DNA from: a virus
Taxonomy: Duplodnaviria; Caudoviricetes
IMG/VR virus record: IMGVR_UViG_3300031414_000007
Coordinates: 1 to 64,000 of that record
DNA: 64,000 nucleotides
Reading direction: 5' to 3' (one strand)
Position numbers and translations under genes: made by a program. Shown one piece after another: positions 54,330 to 63,999 of the stretch (the stretch's first letter is position 1; the number at the start of each line of letters is the position of its first letter). The notes beneath the pieces are model-generated. The model ran no database searches. It was given only the letters and a program-made list of their open reading frames with translations, and was not told the origin of the DNA.

Positions 54330-54929
54330 TCATGCGAATTTCAAAACGAGGTCGTTCACGATAACAGCCTTGGACTGGTCAGTAGGCGTGGTGTTGTTTG
54401 CATACACTTTACCCCCAACCAGGCGTAAGTCTGCATTCGACACCTCGCTGCCAACACTACACACAGCAAGAAATGCAGCGCCTGCATCGTTGTTGCCTGT
54501 CTGCAAGTTGATCGTGTTTGAGTACGCACCGACAACAATACACCAAGTAGGCGTAGCGTCTTTCAGGAAATAACTCGAACGGTTATCGCTGTACGAGACA
54601 GCAAGGCGCATGTTCATCGCAGACGCAAGCAGCACAGGCACGTTATTGGCAAGCAGTGATATAGCAGCCTTGTTGCCTGTAACACCACCAACATAGTCAG
54701 CAACGCGGGCATTCAACAGAGGCCCGATGCGCGTGTACACTGCGCTGTTGCCTGCCAACTGAGTGGCCTCTGCAAGCATTGCTTGCACTTCTGCTTTAGT
54801 AGGCATCGTGCCAGTATAAAACAGAATTGAGTTGGTAGTTGTGGTGAACGAGGTAGGTACCGAAGTTCCAACAAGACCGTTGTATGCACTGCGCATCATC
54901 GCATTCGCTGTAGCAGGAAGCATTCTCAT
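54330..54929 (-). CDS. virion structural paralog, short type
   Basis: LFYTGTMPT..ATPTW..VGSEVSNADLRLVGG..DLVLKF family motifs. Confidence 0.75.
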   Translation of the reverse strand: MRMLPATANAMMRSAYNGLVGTSVPTSFTTTTNSILFYTGTMPTKAEVQAMLAEATQLAGNSAVYTRIGPLLNARVADYVGGVTGNKAAISLLANNVPVLLASAMNMRLAVSYSDNRSSYFLKDATPTWCIVVGAYSNTINLQTGNNDAGAAFLAVCSVGSEVSNADLRLVGGKVYANNTTPTDQSKAVIVNDLVLKFA

Positions 54930-55840
54930 TACGCACCCTCCACAAAGTTGTCAGCTATACGAATGGTAAGATCAGAAACAGCCATCATGCCATACTCGCC
55001 AATAGAAGTCGTACCCAGTGTAATATCGGTACCTACATCCAGCACCATGCCGAAGTAGTCCTCAGTTGTAGAGCCTAGGTAGGCTTGAGTTGTACTCGGC
55101 ACACTTCCCGTCAGTGGTACAAGCACAACGTGCGTCAGAGCAGCAACAACAAAGTCACTGCCTTTCTCGACATACGGAGTGAATGACAACTGGTTCGTAG
55201 TAGACGTACCGTTCATGCTCAAGCGTAACTTACGCGCCAGAATATTCAGACCATCATTCATGCCTGTAGTGACAGTGATACGCGTCCAGGCCAGAGTTGT
55301 CGGGTCTTGATACTCAAGGCGAATGTTACCAGCATTGATTACGTTCGCATTTGGAATAAAGAACGAACGGAAGCGTAGAGTACGGCCGTAGTCGTATTCC
55401 ACTGTGTCGTTCGCATCCCACGCAGGAGCAATACCAACAGTTACGTCAGAACAAGCAGCAACGTTGGCCAGCACCTGCTGCGGTGTCTTACTCCATCCTG
55501 CGCTTGGAGTATAGCGAGAGTATTCTGGGAACACCGCATACGTCTGGATAGGCTGTTTGGTAGTCGGGTCAATTGTAACACGACCCTGACCGTAGCCGCC
55601 AATCGGCATAAGACTGCGTGCCTTGCTGTACTGACGGCATAAGATACCGTTAGCATCGGCGACCTGAGTCTGGTACTTGATCTCCACGGCAGCACGAGAC
55701 GAAGCGACAAGGTCAACCAACGTCTTAGGAACGTTGTTGCTACTACCGTTTCGAAAGAACGCTGCCCAGCCACTTGCGTTTGTAGAAGTGCCTACAGTTT
55801 GCAGTAGCTGGTAGAGCGCTTGTTTTTCAGAGACTAACAT
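54929..55840 (-). CDS. virion structural paralog, long type
   Basis: EYDYGR..W..ARKLRL..HVVLVP family motifs. Confidence 0.75.
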   Translation of the reverse strand: MLVSEKQALYQLLQTVGTSTNASGWAAFFRNGSSNNVPKTLVDLVASSRAAVEIKYQTQVADANGILCRQYSKARSLMPIGGYGQGRVTIDPTTKQPIQTYAVFPEYSRYTPSAGWSKTPQQVLANVAACSDVTVGIAPAWDANDTVEYDYGRTLRFRSFFIPNANVINAGNIRLEYQDPTTLAWTRITVTTGMNDGLNILARKLRLSMNGTSTTNQLSFTPYVEKGSDFVVAALTHVVLVPLTGSVPSTTQAYLGSTTEDYFGMVLDVGTDITLGTTSIGEYGMMAVSDLTIRIADNFVEGA

Positions 55841-55849
55841 AATGCCTCC

Positions 55850-56383
55850 TTAGAGTTTGATACGCATATCAGCAACACGCAGAGGCTGACCAGCAACAAC
55901 AGCACCGCCCAGGATTTTCATATCAGCAGTAGAGTTCTCGTCACCAACAGTACCGACGATGCAGTTATACAGGTTAGTGCCTGTAGTAAAGCCTGACCAC
56001 GTATCAATGGTCGTACCAGCAGAACACTGACGCAGCATGAACCACGTAGGCGTACCAGAAGCAGCGATGTTGAAAACGTTAGGCTGGCTGCTCAGTGGCA
56101 GATTCAGTACGTTGTTATCGTAGTCCATGGTAGGAGTGAACGTACCAAGAGATACGTTGCCTAAGAAGTTTGCTGTGGTTGCGAATGCAGAAATGGCAGC
56201 GGCCGACCACGTAGTTTGAGTGCTCGCAGTCGTCAACAGAGCCTGTAGTTGTTCATCAGTTGGCGGAGTACCTGAGAACAAAGCAAGGTGAGTCAAGTTG
56301 CCGCCAACAGATGCACCCGGCAGCATACGAGTGCAGATAGCAATCTGAGACTGTAGTGTGTTGTAGGCTTTAGAAACGCGCAT
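55850..56383 (-). CDS. virion structural paralog, short type
   Basis: LFSGTPPT..GTPTWF..GTVGDENSTADMKILGG..DMRIKL. Confidence 0.75.
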   Translation of the reverse strand: MRVSKAYNTLQSQIAICTRMLPGASVGGNLTHLALFSGTPPTDEQLQALLTTASTQTTWSAAAISAFATTANFLGNVSLGTFTPTMDYDNNVLNLPLSSQPNVFNIAASGTPTWFMLRQCSAGTTIDTWSGFTTGTNLYNCIVGTVGDENSTADMKILGGAVVAGQPLRVADMRIKL

Positions 56384-56384
56384 G

Positions 56385-57449
56385 TTAGTATACCTCAGTT
56401 GCGACAGGTTTATAAGTTACAGTGAACGAGCTAATAGCCTGTTCCTGCGCAGGGTAAACAGTGGCGTCGTTAATAACGAGGTCGTAGTTCGCTGCCTGTT
56501 TCAGATCGTCAGTGATAGATACGCCATAGTGCGCAAAGTAACGACCAAATGATATAGCCGCCAGATTGACGGAGAAGGATGGTGTTGTCCACACAGCTCC
56601 GTAGGCGAAAGGTACCATGACGGCGTGCTGAATCTTGCCCAAAACACGCGGCGAAGTACCAGAAGCATAATCACCGTAGAAGTGCAGAGCGAATACACCG
56701 ACGCCGTTAGGGAATGGGTTTGCCGCAGCTTTCGATACGATGCGGAAGCGACGGGCCTGAACAGTAGCTGGAAGCTGGAAGAACTTCTCTGAGTTCAGGG
56801 CAGTAGCAGGCAGATTAACAGACAGGTTAGTGACGTCTACCCACGAACTGCCTTGCTGCATCTGTAAGAACAATGCAGTGGCTGCGCTGTTGATAAACAG
56901 GTTATTCGAGCTGTCTGTTTGCGTAAATCCAGCGAGAGAGTTGATAACCACTTCGGCGCCAAAGTCATACTCAGCAAACGTCCAGGAACCATCAGCATTG
57001 GCCTGCTTCACTGCCGGAATAGAAGCGGTCTTAGCCAGTGCAGCACAAGAGGTCAGCGTTGCGTTTTGAGTAGACGCACAGCGATGGGCCATGATAGTGG
57101 CAAAGATAACATCCAGCTGGGAACCGAACTGAGACAGGTTACCTACTAGATCTTGGTAGACCGTGCTGTATGTGGCGAACGTCACTTTTGGCAGTACGCG
57201 CTTGCCGCGATAGCCCTGAACTGTAGTCCACGCAGGAGCAGGAGATACCTGATAGTTGGAGACAGTTGTTGGAAGGGCCTGATGTTGGGAGTTACCCAGT
57301 TGAGTCTGCAAGAACGCACGGCTGCTTACCATGTTGTTCAGAACGGTTTGCAGATCGTAGTTCAACGTGGCGGGAAGATTCCCTTCCATAAATGCGCCGA
57401 ACACTACTAGAGGAGTGTTCTGATAAATCGGTAGAATTTTCATATTCAT
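56385..57449 (-). CDS. virion structural paralog, long type
   Basis: EYDFGAEV..WVDV..LPATVQARRFR..HAVMVP..TDDLK. Confidence 0.75.
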   Translation of the reverse strand: MNMKILPIYQNTPLVVFGAFMEGNLPATLNYDLQTVLNNMVSSRAFLQTQLGNSQHQALPTTVSNYQVSPAPAWTTVQGYRGKRVLPKVTFATYSTVYQDLVGNLSQFGSQLDVIFATIMAHRCASTQNATLTSCAALAKTASIPAVKQANADGSWTFAEYDFGAEVVINSLAGFTQTDSSNNLFINSAATALFLQMQQGSSWVDVTNLSVNLPATALNSEKFFQLPATVQARRFRIVSKAAANPFPNGVGVFALHFYGDYASGTSPRVLGKIQHAVMVPFAYGAVWTTPSFSVNLAAISFGRYFAHYGVSITDDLKQAANYDLVINDATVYPAQEQAISSFTVTYKPVATEVY

Positions 57450-57471
57450 GCCCTTGGTTTAAAGACAGTTC

Positions 57472-57477
57472 AAATTA
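57472..57477 (-). promoter_or_regulatory. TAATTT motif (class B), after the hairpin at 57481-57503
   Basis: AAATTA on the + strand, about 25 nt upstream of 57449. Confidence 0.4.
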
Positions 57478-57509
57478 ATGACGTGGCAGCCGAAGCCACC
57501 ACGTAAGTA

Positions 57510-58034
57510 TTACAGTTGAATGGTAAGATCAAGGAAGCGATAAGCCTGACCCGTCTTAATCGTACCACCAATGAACTGTAGTTCCGCATCAGACCCTTGA
57601 TCGCCGACAGTGCCTATCCAGAAAGGACCAGCTATCGCAGTATTGTATGCAAAGCCAGCCCACGAGGCCACAGTGTTCGAAGTAATGCTACGCGCAACAT
57701 AGAACGTAGGCGTGCCGTCAGCCTCTCCGGTCAATGTCGAAGATAAACCCCCAAACGGCAAAGTCACGGTACGAGCAACCGCATTAACTATGGGCGTCAT
57801 TGGAGGGCAGGCCATATCTCCGAGATAGTTTGTCTGGAGCAGACCGAGATTTGATACAACGCTTGCCCAGTTGAGCACACTACCTACACCACCATGAGGC
57901 ATCAAGTCCAGCGCTTTGCTGATCTTAGGTGCAGTGCCTTTGAATAACGCTATGTGCAAAAGCCCGTTGGAGATCTGAACCGCAGGAAACGCAGCATTCA
58001 TCTGAGCAAGCGAAAGACCTTTATTGCTAATCAT
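57510..58034 (-). CDS. virion structural paralog, short type
   Basis: LFKGTAP..GTPTFY..GTVGDQGSDAELQFIGG..DLTIQL. Confidence 0.75.
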   Translation of the reverse strand: MISNKGLSLAQMNAAFPAVQISNGLLHIALFKGTAPKISKALDLMPHGGVGSVLNWASVVSNLGLLQTNYLGDMACPPMTPIVNAVARTVTLPFGGLSSTLTGEADGTPTFYVARSITSNTVASWAGFAYNTAIAGPFWIGTVGDQGSDAELQFIGGTIKTGQAYRFLDLTIQL

Positions 58035-59107
58035 ACGCCCCTCCCAACGAGTGCATCTTGCTTAATACGGAACGTCGGCACAGGTGCTTCACCGAACGTT
58101 ATGCTGTAGCTTGTGTCCGGCATAACGATATCCGTACTGGCACCTAACTTGAGATCGTCAGTGACAGTAAGGTGTGTCATTCCAAAGTAACGACCGGCAA
58201 CAGTCGCAGCAACCGCAGGAAGATTGAAGTTCCACGGCGTACTGTTTGCGTAGCTCGCATTCGCCATCAGGTTCAGTATAGACATATGCTTGTACTTACC
58301 TAATGTGCGTGGCTTCGTTCCTGTATAGTTGCCGTAGAACTGCAAGCTAAACGGATAGTGCCCTGTAGTAGACCATGGCCATGCTACTGTTTTGTTGATC
58401 AGACGCCACTTCTGCGCTTTAATTGTCGCAGGTAGGCTGTAGGCAACAGGCGAGTAGTTGCTGTTGGTACGAACGTTTGCGTAAATATCTACAGCATCAG
58501 TCCAGACATCTCCGATAAGAGCTTGCAGCACAGTGCCTTGAGTACCGAGAGGCATAAGTGAAGCAACACCGGCACCTATGTTCACACCAACAAGTCCTTT
58601 AAGTTCCATCTCAGCGCCGAAGTCATACTCGGCCATCAGCCAGTTACCTGCCTCGGTAAGACTGTATTGAGGACTCAGATAGTTGCCTGTGTTTACTGAG
58701 AACTGCGTCTGCGTCGTGCCCATCTTGTGCGCGAGAATGGTAACAGCCACGCTCTCATTGTACGCATTGACGGTAGTGGCGAAACGCGCATCAAGCGCAG
58801 GCAGTCGTACCTTAGGCACGATTCGCATCAACGCATTAATAGCGGCACCGTAGCCCAAAGAGCCGCTAAACTCTACCCACGCAGGATAGAAGTTCGTGCT
58901 GAGAAACGTCGATGCAGTTACTGGGTTGAACTGCCAACGAAACGGCGCAGTGCTTGCAGGCTGCTTTTGAAACAAGCGAATGGCAATAGCATCGTTGAAG
59001 GTGCTATGAATACCACGCTCACCATTTGCAGGCACATCGGTGTCATACAACAGACCCAGCGAGAACACCGAAGCAATGTTCGCCGCTTGGTACGGGAAAA
59101 GTTCCAT
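58031..59107 (-). CDS. virion structural paralog, long type
   Basis: EYDFGAEM..WTDA..LPATIKAQKWR..PRTLGKYKH..TDDLK. Confidence 0.75.
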   Translation of the reverse strand: MELFPYQAANIASVFSLGLLYDTDVPANGERGIHSTFNDAIAIRLFQKQPASTAPFRWQFNPVTASTFLSTNFYPAWVEFSGSLGYGAAINALMRIVPKVRLPALDARFATTVNAYNESVAVTILAHKMGTTQTQFSVNTGNYLSPQYSLTEAGNWLMAEYDFGAEMELKGLVGVNIGAGVASLMPLGTQGTVLQALIGDVWTDAVDIYANVRTNSNYSPVAYSLPATIKAQKWRLINKTVAWPWSTTGHYPFSLQFYGNYTGTKPRTLGKYKHMSILNLMANASYANSTPWNFNLPAVAATVAGRYFGMTHLTVTDDLKLGASTDIVMPDTSYSITFGEAPVPTFRIKQDALVGRGV

Positions 59108-59116
59108 AGCGCGTCC

Positions 59117-59698
59117 TTAGCTGAATGTGATGTTGTTAAGAATGATAGTGCCATTCAGATTGAACGTACCATCGTTATTGTCCGTGAGAGACGCACCCAT
59201 AGCAATCAGATCCTGAGCTGTGAACTCAACAACCGTAGCAACTCCAACAGTTGCAGGAGCGAGTGTAGTGGTGGTCTGACTAATGAACAGATACATGCGA
59301 TTGAAAGGCTTCGCATAGGAGAAGCGACCAAGCAGACTATTCAGGTCAAACATGCGCTTACCATTGCCTGCGTTGACAACACGCAAAGTACCTGTCGAGG
59401 CATAAGCAGTGTCCATCACGCATCCTGGAACGTTAGCTGCCAGATAAGTACGCAGAGAGTTCAGGCTAAACAGAGCTTGCGCTTGGTTAGTCCAGGTGTT
59501 ATCAGGCACCGCATCTCCTGAGGAGAACACAATCGCGGCAGCAGGCTCAGCAGAGACATGCGTACCACCAGCTTGCATCGCATTTGCCGCATTGTATGCA
59601 GTGACTGAGCTAGGCAGCCACGGAGCTTCAACAACAGCAGCCGCAGATGAACCCAAAACATCGCCACGCATATTGAGCATCGCTTTAGAGATATACAT
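59117..59698 (-). CDS. virion structural paralog, short type (divergent)
   Basis: IVFSSGDAVP; A/T/G-rich; position in array. Confidence 0.65.
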   Translation of the reverse strand: MYISKAMLNMRGDVLGSSAAAVVEAPWLPSSVTAYNAANAMQAGGTHVSAEPAAAIVFSSGDAVPDNTWTNQAQALFSLNSLRTYLAANVPGCVMDTAYASTGTLRVVNAGNGKRMFDLNSLLGRFSYAKPFNRMYLFISQTTTTLAPATVGVATVVEFTAQDLIAMGASLTDNNDGTFNLNGTIILNNITFS

Positions 59699-60600
59699 CA
59701 GCTACTCCTTTGAGTGAAGCGAAGTTTGGGGCAGTACATCATGTTCTTCTGATTAGGATAAACCTGATCAGTCAACTTGAATGGACCCTGCGTACCGACA
59801 GCACCGGCAGTAAACATGATGTTGTCAGAGTAATCAGTATCGCCATGCGTGAACGTATTACAGTGTGCAAGAGCCGCCCACGAAGGAGAGGTCACGGCGC
59901 TGGCTGGTGGCGTGTCTACAGAACTAAGCAGAATACGCATAGCAGTAACAGAGGTCGCAGTAGAACTTTTATAGCGGTAGCGCTTAGACGCAACAGGTGC
60001 AGATAAAGCCAGACACGTAGAGTCACCAGCAATAGCAGCCGCGTTGCCCAACGATACTTCCTGCCCCTGATCATCAACAGCAACAAGGGAGAAGATAGAG
60101 TTAGGAGTTGTGTTGTACTTAACGTGCGTCACAGTCACCGGAGTGTCGAACTCAAAGTCAATATCAACTCCACCCATACGAGCAGCAGGAACGGTGCCGC
60201 TACCTGATCCCATAATCAACGTGACGTCGCGATCAGTAATGCCTGAACGAGTGATACGGTGAGGCATAAGCTGAGATACCACAGTAGCAGCAGTACCAAC
60301 GGTCCCATAGTACGATACCCCTTTGGGGATGTACTGAGATTGGAGAGCAAGTGCAATCACGTTGCCATTCTCAATTCCAGTAATAGGGTTTCGCACAAAG
60401 CCGATTGCCTGATTGTACATATCGGCAAGTGACTTATTGTTGAAGGCTGCATCAAAGCCTTCTTTTGACGTAGGCAGCTTACCACTAAACGCAAACAGAT
60501 TCCAGCCCGCCCCTGCATTAGGGTCATTGAGCATGGTTGCGTTATTCGCGTTTGTGCCAACGACTGACTGCGCCATGATGCGTGTGTTAATGATCTTCAT
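59698..60600 (-). CDS. virion structural paralog, long type
   Basis: LFAFSGKLPT..DFEFDTPV..ASKRYRY..WAALAH. Confidence 0.7.
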   Translation of the reverse strand: MKIINTRIMAQSVVGTNANNATMLNDPNAGAGWNLFAFSGKLPTSKEGFDAAFNNKSLADMYNQAIGFVRNPITGIENGNVIALALQSQYIPKGVSYYGTVGTAATVVSQLMPHRITRSGITDRDVTLIMGSGSGTVPAARMGGVDIDFEFDTPVTVTHVKYNTTPNSIFSLVAVDDQGQEVSLGNAAAIAGDSTCLALSAPVASKRYRYKSSTATSVTAMRILLSSVDTPPASAVTSPSWAALAHCNTFTHGDTDYSDNIMFTAGAVGTQGPFKLTDQVYPNQKNMMYCPKLRFTQRSS

Positions 60601-61055
60601 TAGCTCACCACCGGTGCAACAGATTTATTATTCGCTTTCGTGTCAGACAGATCGAGCGTAGGAACAGACACACGGAACACAATGTTGTCGTACAGAGGTT
60701 CAATCGTCTGATCTGTTACGAACGCACCACTGACAAGAGGGGCATCCACACGAGGTGCTGCTGGGTTCGACACGAAAGTACGTGGCGTAAACTTCGACTG
60801 TACCTGAGTAGCAGCAGGACCGTTGAGAACAATCTGGTCTGCGTCAGATACGCGCTGGTTAAGAATCTGCGTCCACGTATAGATAGGCAGGTAAGCAGAC
60901 AGAGAAGACGTAACACGTTCCTGAGAGAATGCGGAAACTTTCTCGTTGGTCGTCGGCTTCACAGGCTGAGATGCAGTGCTTATCTCAAGCTGAGACATAA
61001 CGAACACGTAGTCAGCAAAGAGATCTGGGTCATACGCAATAACTGGTACGAACAT
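60600..61055 (-). CDS. hypothetical virion-associated protein
   Basis: ATG 61055 after GGAG; in array. Confidence 0.65.
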   Translation of the reverse strand: MFVPVIAYDPDLFADYVFVMSQLEISTASQPVKPTTNEKVSAFSQERVTSSLSAYLPIYTWTQILNQRVSDADQIVLNGPAATQVQSKFTPRTFVSNPAAPRVDAPLVSGAFVTDQTIEPLYDNIVFRVSVPTLDLSDTKANNKSVAPVVS

Positions 61056-62140
61056 TAGTAGACTCCTTGACGAATGCTGTAGTGATCGATGATGGCCGTG
61101 CATGAGGCCGACGCACCAGAACCGTAACCACCAGTAACAGTGAACGCAGCGCTGTTGGACATTTTCATCACGTACACAAAGGTATCAACCTGAGTGCCGT
61201 CAATGTAGATAGTGTGCGTACCAGTAACTGCATCATACACGTACTTGAAGCGGACAGGCACGGTAGTTTTTAACGCAGCATACGGAGCCATGTCACGCAC
61301 GACTTTCGTTGTACCGCTATCGCCAACGTTGTTTCGCACTACAAAGGCTTTCTCTGTGGTGCGGTCAAACGCTAAGATGCTGCGGTTGGTCAGAGTCGCA
61401 TAGTAACGCAAAGGCTGCCATTCAGCAAAGTCCGTGTCCGACGTTTGAGCATAGTCACACTCAATGGTGAATGACTTGCTTACGTCAACGATGTTGCTGT
61501 TATTGTATTGCAGCACACCGGTGGTGCCCATGTTGATGCCATTAGCCACAGGCTTAACGTCACCAGACATGCCATATTGGTTGCCGATGTAATCAAAGAA
61601 CGAACCAGTATTGAACGCGTTGGCATCGAACGCAGTTACTTCATTTCCCGGCAGCCACGTAGCGAGCGAGTTCTCAACCCACATGTTAGCAAGAGGAATG
61701 TTAAACGACAGGATAGAAATCTGCGTCTTATATCCGTTCGGGTCGTACTTAACGTTCAGGTCAGGATAGAGCAGAGTCACATCCGTTCCTACGGTCAAGC
61801 ACACAGGCAGAATGCCACCGAGAATTAGATGCGTAGGTACACCCTCAGCCGTAGCAGTAAGAGCACAGTCAGACACTGTAATCTTCTTACGGTCGATTGT
61901 GCGGACGCAGTTTGTGCCTTTAGCGATCACAGTGCAGATGCCAGTAGAAGCAGCAAGCGCCGCGTCAAACATATAACCTGCACCAGTCTGAGGCTGGAAG
62001 TTCAGGCACTTGTTTAAGTCTGCTTCGACGTAACCTGCATTCAGCTTAACCAAGTAGCAAGACTTATCGTCCGCAGTTGATTGAGCAAACAGACGCGCTA
62101 ACTGAGGCACAGCAGAAGTACCAAAGAGCTTGTAATCCAT
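61055..62140 (-). CDS. virion structural paralog with C-terminal LamG/ConA-like lectin domain
   Basis: ATG 62140 after GAGG; SFTIECD..YVYDAVTGTHTIYIDG..IIDHYSI pattern. Confidence 0.6.
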   Translation of the reverse strand: MDYKLFGTSAVPQLARLFAQSTADDKSCYLVKLNAGYVEADLNKCLNFQPQTGAGYMFDAALAASTGICTVIAKGTNCVRTIDRKKITVSDCALTATAEGVPTHLILGGILPVCLTVGTDVTLLYPDLNVKYDPNGYKTQISILSFNIPLANMWVENSLATWLPGNEVTAFDANAFNTGSFFDYIGNQYGMSGDVKPVANGINMGTTGVLQYNNSNIVDVSKSFTIECDYAQTSDTDFAEWQPLRYYATLTNRSILAFDRTTEKAFVVRNNVGDSGTTKVVRDMAPYAALKTTVPVRFKYVYDAVTGTHTIYIDGTQVDTFVYVMKMSNSAAFTVTGGYGSGASASCTAIIDHYSIRQGVY

Positions 62141-62141
62141 G

Positions 62142-63098
62142 TTATACCTCGGTAGACAGACGAAGCTGGGCAACCGCAGCGAACTCACCTGGGCCGAGAG
62201 ATGTGGTCATCAACTCGATAGGCTTGCCGCTACCTATAGCACCAACTTCACAGGCAAAGTAAGTAGGAATGTAGTTACCGTTAGCAAGAGCACCGTAGTT
62301 AGTGTCCTGAATAAGAACCATAGCCCACTTAATTGATTTGTATGCAGCGTTACGGCCAACATCAGAAGCAGTAACAGGCAGCACACGACGAGTACCAGAG
62401 GTCTGAATGAAACGGTAGCGCTTAGACTGCGGAATAGCGGTAGCAATCACGTTACCTTCTTGGTTCGCAGCAATTGACCACGAAACAGCAGTGCCTAAGA
62501 TACCCAGCTCGTCGATAGGTGCAATCGTACCAGCACATGCAGAGCTAACGTCACCAACGTCAGACAACACGCCGTCAATAGTAATAGCGAAGTCATACGT
62601 CAGGTCAGTAGATGACAGATGGATTCCCGGCATAAGTGCATCATGCGGAACACCTGCGTAATCCCATGGACGATAGCCAGCAGGACCGATACCCCACAGT
62701 GCTTTGTTGCCTGCGTCGTTACTCGTAAGGTATGCAGTGTTAATCTGCACAGCAGACGCACCGTTATACCCGACAGGACGCGCCTTTGATGGGTAGTGAA
62801 TGGTTGCACCGTTCTTGATCTCGTATACATGACCAGAACGCGCTTTCCAACCTTCCTGTTGATCTAAGAGAGGCAACAGACCTTCAGTTGTAGGACGGAG
62901 CACAAGACGCGTAGCAGCAACTGCGTTATCGAACAGGTTGCGCATGTCATACAGGTGCTGCGAGAAGTTACCCTGAGCGGCCAAGTCAGTATCGAAGAAG
63001 AACACGTTAACGGTCTGCCCGTTAGACAGGTTCGACGCCCAACCTGAACCCAAGTTGAGCACACTGAACGGCAGTAAGTTGTGTCCTAAGATGCGCAT
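62142..63098 (-). CDS. virion structural paralog, long type
   Basis: VFFFDT..TYDFAITI..SKRYRF..KWAMVL..VGAIGSGKPIEL. Confidence 0.7.
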   Translation of the reverse strand: MRILGHNLLPFSVLNLGSGWASNLSNGQTVNVFFFDTDLAAQGNFSQHLYDMRNLFDNAVAATRLVLRPTTEGLLPLLDQQEGWKARSGHVYEIKNGATIHYPSKARPVGYNGASAVQINTAYLTSNDAGNKALWGIGPAGYRPWDYAGVPHDALMPGIHLSSTDLTYDFAITIDGVLSDVGDVSSACAGTIAPIDELGILGTAVSWSIAANQEGNVIATAIPQSKRYRFIQTSGTRRVLPVTASDVGRNAAYKSIKWAMVLIQDTNYGALANGNYIPTYFACEVGAIGSGKPIELMTTSLGPGEFAAVAQLRLSTEV

Positions 63099-63595
63099 TA
63101 GAACTCCTTAGAGTCTTTAATAACGGTGGCGAGGAACTTACCGTTACGCAGGTTAGATGACGACAGAATCAAGTCGGCGCCTGAACCCGCACCACCGATA
63201 GTCAGAATCAGGAAGCCACCATAAGGCGTGCTTGCAATATCTTTGTTGAAGACAATCACGTTGTACGTGTTCAACAAGTCGGCGATAGAGCCAGCAAATG
63301 TGCCTTGCAGTGTAGCGCTCAGACGGAACTTATATTTGTTATCAGAGCCATGAATCCAGCGCACAGGGTTAACGGTAACAGAAGTCAGATCAAGCACCGC
63401 AGTTGCACCGATAGCTGTCTGCACTGTAGTGCCATCGGCAACAACAATGTTTGCAGGGTCTGGTACTTTAGCGAGGCAGATTGTCTTCTGCATATTTGAC
63501 AGGCCGTACTTCAACGGAGGATCAGTAGCTGGACGTTTGCCTGCATCTGGAATCACAATACCGTTGGCGACCAAAGGGAACGAAACTATTTCCAT
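63098..63595 (-). CDS. virion structural paralog, short type
   Basis: LTIGGAGSGADLILSS C-terminal family motif; SD GGAG. Confidence 0.7.
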   Translation of the reverse strand: MEIVSFPLVANGIVIPDAGKRPATDPPLKYGLSNMQKTICLAKVPDPANIVVADGTTVQTAIGATAVLDLTSVTVNPVRWIHGSDNKYKFRLSATLQGTFAGSIADLLNTYNVIVFNKDIASTPYGGFLILTIGGAGSGADLILSSSNLRNGKFLATVIKDSKEF

Positions 63596-63620
63596 TTTGT
63601 ATCTCCAGTTAACTCGCTAT

Positions 63621-63626
63621 AAATTA
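63621..63626 (-). promoter_or_regulatory. TAATTT motif (class B)
   Basis: heads the paralog operon, about 26 nt upstream of 63595. Confidence 0.4.
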
Positions 63627-63663
63627 CTGACAAGTCGAATCGCATAGGAAGTCAAAACTTGTC

Positions 63664-63999
63664 TTACATCAAAAACCGTCGCTTTATCACCACAGCGTCG
63701 TAGGCATTCAATGTTGCAGCAGGCACTTCATTGGGATTTATGTCTGAGGCCGCATTGAAATCAACACCCGCTTTGGATAGAACAACGTACACTGGAGCGT
63801 CACGCTCGAATGCTATCGGCATCGCTCCCCACTTTAGTGCATAGGCAGGAGTATCGTCATGGGTGCCTTGTCCGAAGTATGCCCCGTCAGGCTCTGAGGC
63901 AGAACTGCCGAGAGAACCCGCTGAATACGACGTGGTGTAAGACCAGCCCCCACCGGAGAAGTAGTACGAGCCATAAGTTGATGAACTGAATGGTTGAAA
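63664..63999 (-). CDS. 3' end of a gene truncated by the window edge
   Basis: open frame FQPFSSSTYG...VIKRRFLM* from the window end to TAA at 63664-63666. Confidence 0.65.
   Translation of the reverse strand, partial: FQPFSSSTYGSYYFSGGGWSYTTSYSAGSLGSSASEPDGAYFGQGTHDDTPAYALKWGAMPIAFERDAPVYVVLSKAGVDFNAASDINPNEVPAATLNAYDAVVIKRRFLM

Noticed and set aside
53505-63647. Plus-strand ORFs within the minus-strand structural block (e.g. 58727-59521)
   Set aside because: They are shadows of the paralog array, with no SD or recognisable domain
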